NCBI GenBank assembly: GCA_030167865.1
Contig: JALAGF010004526.1
Coordinates: 1 to 64,000 of the forward strand
Direction: 5' to 3'
DNA from: Craspedostauros australis
Taxonomy: Eukaryota
DNA length: 64,000 nucleotides
The notes below the pieces were generated by a model. It was not told the origin of the DNA and did not search any database. It worked only from the letters and a program-made list of their open reading frames with translations. Below, piece after piece: positions 37,401-47,794 of this stretch; positions within the stretch are counted from its first letter, which is position 1, and every line of letters starts with the position of its first letter. The position numbers and the translations under genes were made by a program.

Positions 37401-40400
37401 CAACAGACGAAAGCGCTGGTGGGCGTCCATCGAAGAAGGTCGGTGTTGCGAAGCCCAAGCTCGTCATTGGTGGTGTTAGAATTCTGGTCGGCTCTTCGTC
37501 GCTCGATTCGATTCCCAGACACATCATCATCCAGGGGCGGCGCATCGACATCACGCCGCGCTTGAAGAAGTGGTACAGCATTCCACTCACCGTCGAGGAA
37601 ATCATCGTTGGCGTTCGCACGGGCAGTGTATGTGTCACCATCACCGATGCGTTCGGGTCATCCTTTGAGTCATCCTTGTCAAACCCCGTCATCGATGCTC
37701 TAGAGGTGTGCGCGGTTGGGTACGATTCTATTTCAGACTTCGTTTCGACTGCACCAGCTGATGACGGCCAAGACTTGGCGGGCGAGCTCATTCGGTACGA
37801 CAATCGGCGTCTACCAAGCATTGATCTTCGTCGTGACGGCGCCGGATTGGTATCGACCATGTGGGCGATGGCACAAATGACCGATCTATGCGCGTCGCCG
37901 CCGCTGTCTCTGGATGACCACGAGGGCTTCCTACAGGAGCTCGTTCGCAAAGTCATGTTGGGTTCCGATTCCGCTCTGCAGGATTGCACGAAGTCTCTCA
38001 TCACGCGTTCCATACGAGATGAGAAACGGTGTGCGTCATTCATTGATGAAGGTCTCCTCAGCGGATGCTCGGACGTCCTCGAGGGATACCTGGCTTCATT
38101 GCAACAGTCCGGGGGCGCGCAGGTGCCAACTCAGACGATGCAACGGATCGTTTCGATCGCTGCAAGCGTGGCAAGAGAGCGGCCCATGAACTACCTCCAG
38201 ACAACAGAGATCATTATGGAAAGGCACCACGGCCGCGCTTCAATTGCCAATAGCGCCTGCAAGATCGTAGATGGTCTTGCTCGGCAGTCGAAGTTCAACG
38301 CTTTCATCGACGGAACCCGCGGAGGCGTCGTTGACCTGGCGCTGACGGAGCTTGCCATCAACCTCTACGCCGAGACGTTGCACACGAAGAAATTTGCCAA
38401 ATTCGATGCGATCCGTCCCCTGCTTGAGTCAGAAGAAGTGTCGGTTGTTGCAGGCTGCTGTCGCACGATTTCCGACTTCTGCAGACGCGGCGATTTTCAC
38501 GAAAGCGACAGCACGCGTCCCGACCTCTTTAACCTGCTGCAACGCACCAGGCTGGTCATGTATCGCTGTGACAGCTGCATGCTGTACCCCATCAAGGAGG
38601 TCCGCTACTGCTTCCCGGAGGATATGCTCGACATCGATATCTGCAAGACATGCTGGGCATCCGGTTCACAATACGCCAAGCTACACAATCATTCCAAGGA
38701 CGAACCGCTGCGTGTGGAAGGAAGGACCATCCAAAACAACGGCCAGCAGCTGTCATGCTTCCAGTTTCAACAAATGCGGGCTGTCTCCTTGCTCCGCGTT
38801 GACGTGGAACAAGTGGACATGGAGGTTGATGACGATGGCGACGCCGGCGATGCGCTCGGTGATGGGCCAGGCGGTCAAGCCAAGGTGCCTTCCACCAGGG
38901 CTTCAAAACCGGTCGGGACATCGGGGAAGGACAGCAAGGCTCACAGGTCCACAAAGCAGCTTGGCGACGAGTCGTACGAAACTTTCACCAACCACCTGTT
39001 CTTGCTGGTTTCCGAGGTGTTCTCTCGTGGTGTGAAGAATCACAGAAGCGCGGCGTACTCAGACGTCGTGCTGCGCTTGCTTCTTGACTTGGTCCGGTTC
39101 TCCAGGTCTGAGCACAGCGTGCTCGACAGGGCAAAGAGGCTGGCAACAAGCATTGTGCACACTCTGTCTTACACCTTCATGCAACCGACGATGAAGAACT
39201 CCTTAAATTTCCACGAGCAGTCCCAGGTGGAGATTGGATTGCGAGCTCTGGTCAATCTTCTCAAACCGGAGTGCGACCTTGCATTTTACCTCCGATCATC
39301 CATTCCACATGAGGGAGTAGAGACAGCAAGCGCTCCGCCTTTGACGTTTGGGTCCGTATCGACAGCCTCAAAGGCATCTCAGCCACGTTGCGAAGACCAC
39401 AACCACCCAACCATTCGTCGGAAATGTACGTACGGTGAGAGGAAGGGCAGATCGTTCCACGTGTGCGGCATGGAAGCGGATCAACGTTGCAAATTCATGC
39501 AGTGGGAAAATGAGAAGAAGACAACAACATCGACAAGATTGAATGTAACGCCACCGCTGACGGGGGCGCCTCAGCGCAAACAGCCTCACGCAACATCGTC
39601 TAAAGCGAAGGTCGCTCTGAAATCGCATATTTGGACACTGCTGTCTGCGTCGACACCTTCGCTTCATTCTCATCTGTGCCATTTGGTTGGTCTCAAGACG
39701 CCGCCTGAGACAGAACGAGCGGAAGCTCCGCGCTCGCGCACAGTTGCTTCAACTGCCGGTGGCACAGGAGACTCGTGGACATCATCGAAAGATGTTCTGT
39801 GCAGGTATGGTCGCGCCCAGATCATGGAGGATCTTGCCTCCGGGATCTTTGCCTCTCGTCAGATTCTGGCAGGCCCTGCGAGCATGCCGATCAGAGGGGA
39901 TGAATGCCAGCAGAGCTGGATGGATGTGCACGCTGGCGCCAAAAGGAGCGAGTCGCTGCTGAGAGGCACGCTCCAACTGATCACAGAAATCGCAAGCCAC
40001 CAAACCAAAGGGATGTCGCGCTGGCTCTCGCTGCTCTGTAGCATCAGCATTTCCACCGACAGTCCCCCAGAGGTGCAAGCTGCCGCCAAGCACGCGCTGA
40101 AGAAGCTTTGCGGAGGCAAGAAGGCTGTTTTCAACTCCGTGCGTGACCATTTTGCCTTCGGACACTTGGTCCGGAAGCTCCTGTCGAATGCGCTGCCATT
40201 GCTCAACGCCGCGCTGGTGCTGAAGGAAAAGTCCCGCGTCTGCCGCGATGATTTCGACAGCACAGAACCGGTGCGTTGGGAACATCTCACCTCATTTGGT
40301 CTGGTCGGTACGTCGCAACTCATTTCGGAAAGCACAGTCCACACCGTCGACCATTCCAAAATAAATTCCCTGCTAGACAGTCTGTGGACGATGATAAAAG

Positions 40401-43360
40401 TGCGCCCGCAGAATTGGATGCAATTTTGTGGACTGCAGAGCCTTCCGTCGACGGAGCAGATCGACGGTGGATCCACGACGGAGATGGAAGCGGCGGCTGC
40501 TCCCCTGGTCACGTTGCTCTGGATTGCATCGGTCCTGTGTGGCACAGTCCAAACCAAATCCTTCCGATTGATTGGTGTGGCATTTTCGTCAGCAGCAGCA
40601 GCGGCAGCAGACGGACCAAAGCCTGCAAAGAGCACATCAGGCAACCAATCATCTGTGAAGTCTCCCGGTCGCAAATCCTTGGCAGTGACTTCCGCCGTCG
40701 CCACTACCACCACCAACAACAACAACAACACTACCACCGAAACACCCTTGTCGCCTCCGCTGATCCGAAGCCATGAACAGTCGTCACCCGAGGACATCGC
40801 GCTGTTGGGTACGCACAAGGTCTCCTCCGATGACATCGTGATGTTTGTGGTCGAATTTGTTCTCAATGGCAAGACGCCAGAACTACGAAGAGCAGCCCAC
40901 ACCATCGCCGCGAGGATCCAACGAAATCTCGACAAGGACCGTGCAGGGGCTGTGACCACGCGGCTTTTCGCCTGGTTGGATTGCGTCGGGGTGCATGGCA
41001 AGGCGTCTATCGAATTCCTCAACCTTCTCCAAGTGATGATCAAACACCTGGGTGGCATTCATTTGATCGTGCAACTAGCGTCCACGGTATCAGATAACAT
41101 GATCAAACAGCTGAACTGCCTGCGGTACGACCGAGGCAATGGCGCATGGCTCGTTCTGGAGGGAGTGAGCAACACGCCTTCGGCGCACATGGGGCAAGGA
41201 AGGAAAAAGTTCGATCTGCATGATTGCGCACATTGCAGCTGGCATTATCTATCCCAATACACTGAACGAACCAACACTGATCCAGCGAAGGAGCATGAAC
41301 GTCCACGGAGATCTGCGGTCCGATCGGCAAACGACTCACAAGTAACCAGGGTGCCGCTCCTCAAGACGCTTCGCCAGTCCAACAAGGAGCCCGAATGGCA
41401 CCCTTCGCAGGTCTCTCCATTTACCAGGATGCGGTTGGATTCGATCAAGAGCGCAGCATTGAGCAACGAATTCTGTGCCTTCTTCTCCTTGAAGCATCGG
41501 GTCGCGATGAGCAGCCTGATTATGAATGTGGGCAACCCACGCGGTCGTTTCGTCAAAATGGTGACGATCTACGCTACCGAACGTCCCGTGTCAAAGGCTG
41601 TGCAGCTCAAGTCGGACGACTATGCCCCACAGTGGCGGAAGTGTGGGGTGCTCAAGTTCTCTCGAGGAGCTCCACAAGGCAACGTGTCATTTGACGAGCC
41701 CGTGCTTGCTGCCAACCTCAAGATCGAGTACACAGAGTTCTACGATCGTCCCGGCAGCTCGTCGTCAAAGTCTTCAGAAGGCGCCCTTGTCGTCCACTGC
41801 CCACGCTGCACACGGATTGTCACCAACGCGCATGGGGTTTGCGGGAACTGCGGAGAGGTGGCATTCCAATGTCGAAAATGTCGACACATCAACTACGACC
41901 GCCTCGATGCCTTCCTTTGCGTCGAATGCGGTTACTGCGCATCGGGCAGCTTCTCATTTGAAATCAAGGCCGGCGATGCGTCGAACGCAATCGCAATCTG
42001 CACAGACGACGACCGAGAACGAATGTCGCAGCTGCTCTTCGGCTGCACATCGTTGGCAACCAAGCTGCGGAGCAAGCTGAAGGCACGCGTGACGTCTGTC
42101 GCCTCTGATCAGCCTGTGGTGAGATTCAATCCATTCCCCGATCATGGAAAGTTTCAGTCCCAGATGGTCCGAGCTTTCCAGGGCCTCCCACCACGCGTGT
42201 CGCCAGACCCAAAGAAGGGCGATTCGAGAGACAGCAGAGGTCTTTCCATCTTTCAAAAGCGAGGTGCCGTGGTCAGGTACATCGCGAGTCCCGAGAAGCC
42301 AAGGCGGCACCCCGGTCGGTCTTCATCAGCATCGTCCGACAGGACGAGATCTGTGTTGCGCCTGGCGCGCCAAATTCGCTCTCAGACGAATTCGTTGGAC
42401 CGCCGTCGGTCAGGTGATGTCATCATCCACCACCTTGGACGCGGCCTGACGATCGAGCATGGCGACGATGACAACGATCTGCTTGGGTTGCTGGAGGCGA
42501 ACATGCTTGAGTCCACGACAAGTCGCCTTGGGCAACAGGTGGAGGAATCAGGATTCCGAGGGGTGCTGGGAATCGGTGATGATGGTGCCGAGGGTGATCT
42601 GGGCCGTTCTGGGGGCACAAGGCGCGGCTCTGCAGGCGATGACCAAGACAACCCGCCGGGGTCATCCAGGATCTCCGGAGGTCGTTCCGGCGCACGTTCA
42701 TCATCGTCAACTCCACCATCAAATAGAGCGGGCGCGGCAAGCCAGGCTTCGGAGGAATGCGAGCGCATCCACATGCTGATGAGAGAGGCTGACAGGGAGT
42801 GTCGCGAACTGCAACGCCGGTTGGATGCGTGGCGCATCCTGGAGGAGGGATCATTGTATCAATACGATGGCGACAGGCAACGTGTGCAGCAGCAGCACGT
42901 TGAACACGAAATCCAAGGAACAGGGCAGGCGCAGATGGGAGCACTGCCTGCTGCTCTCTTCACTCCCTCGCACTGCTCAGTTTGTGGTCCGTCGGTGGCG
43001 GTGCACCTGTTGAGCGTTTGGGTCACGCTGTTCTCAATATCACCATCGACCGTTCAGATCGATCCCAACCTCTTGAGAGTGCTATTGGAGGACGTACGCA
43101 GTCACCACCCCAGCAAGCAGCTGCAGGAGTACCGGCTCAAGGCGGTGGTGGAGATCGCAAGCAAGTCGGAAACAGGCGCCGGCCTTGTTCTGCGGAAGCT
43201 TCGCGAGCTGTTGCAGGCAACGCACGATCCTGTGTACGCCGAAGTGCTTGGCAGGATCCTTCGCGTGAAGAACTGCGTTCGCATGAAAGATTTCGAGGAG
43301 CTTGCTTTGGACGTCCTCGCAAACGAGCAAGCTGGGGCGGGCGCATGGCGAAGTGGATGA
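28500..43360 (+). CDS. UBR4: UBR4/BIG-type protein, N-terminal/central half, ~4871 aa; exons 28500-28561 and 28807-43360
   Basis: UBR box CSFKLKKGFHGQHWYNCYTC...[20 protein letters not shown] (~35015-35230). Beta-propeller-like region (~35700-37150). DOC-like VRILVGSSS...WYSIPLTVEE (~37220-37720). ZZ finger (~38561-38700). GRF finger (~39389-39508). Second DOC-like domain (~41420-41750). Cys-rich domain CPRC...CGNCGE..FQCRKCRHINYD...FLCVECGYC (~41798-41938). The ORF-track start is a GTGAGC donor; a phase-2 intron at 28562-28806 joins an upstream ATG exon (MAGTKRRRGSSK) in frame. Confidence 0.9.
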
Positions 43361-45097
43361 AGCAACCCTGCAGTTTTTCCGACTGCTCGGTCCTCGTGGC
43401 AACGACCAACAGCACTGGTATGCTGGCGGGACACCCACGAAAAGAAACGCATCAGCGAGATGATGAGAGCAGCCAGCAGCCATCCCAACGAAACAAAACC
43501 AAATGAAAGGAAAGGAAACGGAATGAAACACACGAAATAGAATGCAACACAAGATAGAGAGTACGGTACTGCTCCATGGCTGGCAGTACCTGGTGCTGTT
43601 TCACACGCAGGCGCGTAGCTGCGTGAGCACGGGATGACACAGCGTATTCGGTGATCCTCGTCGAATACTTGTCGAGAAGCTCACCCTCACGAGCCATTAT
43701 GTAACAAAGGGGCGGTACACACCAACAGGGACCATCCAAGCACAGAACACAACGCGATGGTAGTCTGCGCCGCCATTCTGGGAATAAACACTGCACGCGC
43801 AGAGCTCAAGGAGAGAGAGAGAGAGAAAGAAAGAAACGATTCCTCTACTCTGCTACGACAAATACTCTCAAGTCGTAGTAGTACTAGATTTGCATTTGTG
43901 CTCCTCACCACATCTCCGACCAAGCCGTGGTCGGCACCAGGGGGGGAATTGTAGGTAACTCTGCACTCCTCCATGCCATGCATCGCCAAGTAGAGAACAC
44001 GTAGTCTACTATTCTATTCTATTATATGGTATTCTATAATATTACATTAGAGAATAGTCAACACTCCTAACTTTAGCCTGTCTATGTCCGTCGCCATTCC
44101 AGCTCTCAGGCCTGACTGCGTCTGCGGCTTATTTCGCATGCAACCTCCATGATCCAGCCTGGGCTCGATGAGGCAACACTGGGCTAAGATCGTCGAAGGG
44201 AAACACGATTGATGTTGACCCATCCAATTTGACACGAATGGGAAGAAAACAGAAGCTGAGTACCGTTTATGTACAACTCACTGGTACGTAATTGTCCTTG
44301 CGACAAGAACACGATATGGATGGGACATGCCAAACAAATGGATTGCCCACAACAAACACACGATCACAACAGCAGGATGCGGACGACCACAGCGATGCCG
44401 TGGCCAAAAGAGAACAGAACAGAAACCAAAGCGTGGAGAGATGGAACGCAGAAACACCTGTCCACAGAGAGAATGGGGGGAGACAAGAGACAACCCAAGC
44501 AAGAACCGGCGACCACCACGTTGACAGCAACAACAACAACGGCAGCGGACGGCAACTGCGGCACCCCACACACTTCAATCTTCTCCATCCTCCATCCTCC
44601 ATCCCAAACCCACCGCAGCAACGGATCCAACACCGATAGCCACGCACAGAGACAACAGCAAAGCCCGAGACGAAAACAGAGGCAACTGGTCTGCTGCGAT
44701 TTCCGCCTCAGCACACGCAGGCTTGCGAAGAGAGGGGAAGTGTGAGCTCCAACGTGCTTGCATGCATGGTACCATAGGTCGCACTGAGTAATACGCACCA
44801 AAGCTCGTACCATAGCAGAGCAGCGCACGGCGGATAGCGGATAGCCTCAGTCGGTTGGCCGCAAACCCCATCCCTTCGGACCATTGGTGTGCAGTGCAGT
44901 GCAGTGCAGTGCCCCACATCCGTGCCACACGAGCGACGGCGTCAGCGCTCGAATCCACAACCTCTGGATTGCCAGCAGCGAAGAAGCGTGTGGAGACCAC
45001 CGTCCCCGCGCACTTTCCCTCAAACCTCAAGCAGACACCCCCGGTATCGCAGCACCATCCGAGGAAAGACGCTCACGTGCGAGTGCAAGCCGACAAC

Positions 45098-47020
45098 ATG
45101 AGTTCGTGGCTGCAAACCATCGAAGAAGACCGCTCGACCAGATTCCGTCCACCCCACAACACGGACACCGATGGAGCCCGCTCGGCCTTGTCGGGGGGCG
45201 CTTCGTCTCTGAACGCGGACGTTGGATCTGGCCAAGCGTCTGCGCCGTCAGACCAGACAGGCAACTCGCAGAGAAGCGACGCGCAGGCAAAGCGCAGATG
45301 GCAGCTCTCGTGGAATCAGCCTCGTGCCGCTTCGAGCGACGGCGGAATTGAAGTGGGTGTGGCGAACGGCTCGCCCTCTTCGGATCTGCTTGCAGCGTCC
45401 GTGTATGATGCTCAGGCACCTCGAATGGGGTCCCGCACGGCGGTCAGCGTGGCCGCGGGCTCCGATACGAACGCGATGCTGGGAGGGCAGAACGCCACCA
45501 GCGAGGCTCCATCCGAGCAATCTCCTCACCAGGCGTCTGACGACGGCAACGCGCCAGCGAACAGGTGCGGATCCCAGAACCCAGCCATGCGGAGATTCGC
45601 CATCGTCGTCGCGGTCTTGGTCGTGCTGGCAATCGCGGCCATCATCGTCGGCGTGGCGCTGGACGACGGCGACTCAACGGGCGCATCCAAAATCGACGTC
45701 GGAGTCACGCAGTCGGAAAAGCCAACCATGGCGGCATCGGTGCAAGCTCCCACCGCGGCGCCGGTCGAGGTTGCCCCGACGCTCCCACCCTTCGACTGGC
45801 CGCAGGACTCCGAGATGCCGACCATCCAGCCAACGCGCAATGACCAATTCTTACAGCTTCTGGATGGAATCATAGATGCCATCTCCAACGAGGACAGCTT
45901 GCGATCTCCCACGTCGCCTCAGTCGCAGTGCAAAGAGTGGTTGATCAACCTGGACGGTATGGACAATTCAGCGCAAAACCTGCGACAGCGGTACGTCCTC
46001 TGCGTCTTGTACGCCACAACAGGCGGGGACGTTCTTGACGCCAGCAGCGGAACCTGGGAGATACCGTTCCTGGATGTCGCCAGCAGCGAATGCACCTGGG
46101 AAGGCATCGTCTGCGACAACGGCACCATTGCCGCCATCGGATTAGAGTCCATGGGCCTCGTCGGTTCCATCCCCGAGGAGATACTGAGCCTTACCGACCT
46201 GGGCTTCGTCGGTCTCAAGAACAACAGCATCAATGCATCCCTGCCACCGAATTTATTTGCCAGCTTTCCCAAACTGCTGTGGTTCGATGTCTCCGATAAT
46301 AGTATTGGAGGACAGATACCAAAGCTTCCGGAGACGGCGGTGGAACCGCTCACGAACGCTTCGCAGTACGGCCTGTCGCACCTTATCCTCAACAACAACT
46401 CATTCACAGGGACCCTGCCCTACTTCCCTCACATCGAGGAAGTCTGGGTCCGGTACAATGCGTTGGAGGGATTCGATGAACGGTACACGGAGTCGCAAAC
46501 GATGACAACATTCATCGGTTACAACAACGCAATGTCAGGGCCACTGCACAGCGACTGGGACACGCCAAATCTCAGCATCCTAGATCTAAGCCGGAATCAG
46601 TTGGGAGGACAGCTACCAGAGAGCCTGTGGGATCTCGAAAAGCTCACGTTTCTTTCCCTGCATCAAAATCTCTTCGAAGGGCAGCTTCGGGCGGGCAGGA
46701 AGGGCAAGGCCATCGAAAGGTGCTGGCTGCACTCCAACAAGCTCAGCGGCAAGATCCCCGACAACTTCGCCAAAGCCTGGACCAACCTCACCAAGATGGA
46801 GCTGCACAACAACAAACTCACGGGTTCGATCACTCAGGAGCAGTGCGATGCTTGGCAGAAGCTCGAAGTGTTGGCCGTGGACTGCAACACCGAGCCGCCG
46901 GCCGTCTCGTGCGCGTGCTGCACGGCCTGCTCCGATGAGAGGACCAGTCCTGATGAGGGCAGGAAAAATGACACCATCACAGGGGACGGTGCCAGCCGGA
47001 ACGCTTCGAACACCCCGTAA
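45098..47020 (+). CDS. Type II single-pass leucine-rich-repeat (receptor-like) protein, ~640 aa
   Basis: Disordered N-terminus, TM helix FAIVVAVLVVLAIAAIIVGVAL, P/T linker, QRYVLCVLYATT and ECTWEGIVC cap, plant-type LRRs (LDLSRNQLGGQLPESL, LHSNKLSGKIP), C-terminal CxCCxxC. This architecture is typical of expanded diatom LRR families. Confidence 0.88.
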   Translation: MSSWLQTIEEDRSTRFRPPHNTDTDGARSALSGGASSLNADVGSGQASAPSDQTGNSQRSDAQAKRRWQLSWNQPRAASSDGGIEVGVANGSPSSDLLAASVYDAQAPRMGSRTAVSVAAGSDTNAMLGGQNATSEAPSEQSPHQASDDGNAPANRCGSQNPAMRRFAIVVAVLVVLAIAAIIVGVALDDGDSTGASKIDVGVTQSEKPTMAASVQAPTAAPVEVAPTLPPFDWPQDSEMPTIQPTRNDQFLQLLDGIIDAISNEDSLRSPTSPQSQCKEWLINLDGMDNSAQNLRQRYVLCVLYATTGGDVLDASSGTWEIPFLDVASSECTWEGIVCDNGTIAAIGLESMGLVGSIPEEILSLTDLGFVGLKNNSINASLPPNLFASFPKLLWFDVSDNSIGGQIPKLPETAVEPLTNASQYGLSHLILNNNSFTGTLPYFPHIEEVWVRYNALEGFDERYTESQTMTTFIGYNNAMSGPLHSDWDTPNLSILDLSRNQLGGQLPESLWDLEKLTFLSLHQNLFEGQLRAGRKGKAIERCWLHSNKLSGKIPDNFAKAWTNLTKMELHNNKLTGSITQEQCDAWQKLEVLAVDCNTEPPAVSCACCTACSDERTSPDEGRKNDTITGDGASRNASNTP

Positions 47021-47794
47021 GACGGATGATCAAAGCACAGTGCTCCTACTTCTCCATGGTAGTCGCAACCGTTTGTCCATTCACTGCAAAGCTTCGCGCG
47101 GCGCGGATCGCCTTGACGGTGATCCTCGTCGAAGTGGACGAGAGCGGGATTCTTGCCACGCTTTGTGTTGGGTGGCCAGCTCGGAGACTGTGCCATACGA
47201 ATACGCATGGCGCGCCAAGGCTGAGATGATCCCACAATTACGTACGTTTCCTCAAATAGAGTAGCAGAGTGCTCTCGTTTTTCATTCCGTTCCATTGTAT
47301 TATATGGTATCGTGTTATAGCCCGAATTGCACCCCCTTTGCAGTGTTGAGCTTATAGCGTTTGCGTATAGTCCTTGTCTCTAGAGTGCATTTGGTTTTGA
47401 GAGGATGCCCACCCCGCCAGTAGTTCTCATGGCAGGCTACGCACGCAACGGGTGAGCATGATGTGGTCGATTTGTGTGACATCAAGGATCTACGACTGCC
47501 ATACAAACAACAGCCCCACCCACGACAATCTTCGGTCATTTTTCTGTGTTCCCGCAATCCATCCAAAACCAATCACAAATCAAACATAGAAGACAAGGAG
47601 GGGAGAGACAAGACAAGATCCGTGGAACCATCGCAAGGGGGGACGCCGACGAGGAACCTGAGATCCACCTCAATCCGTTCATTCGAGCACACCGCAGTGC
47701 AGTCGTTCGATAGTCATCAAACAAGACAAGACTCTGGAGGAGTCTACTCTCTCTGTTCCAGAGTACTCATAGTCGTACGTCAGACTGCGACGCC

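Noticed and set aside
30418-41058. Long antisense ORFs inside the large genes (e.g. 30418-31470, 39859-41058; also 50503-51375)
   Set aside because: They are shadows of GC-rich codon usage with no recognisable motifs.
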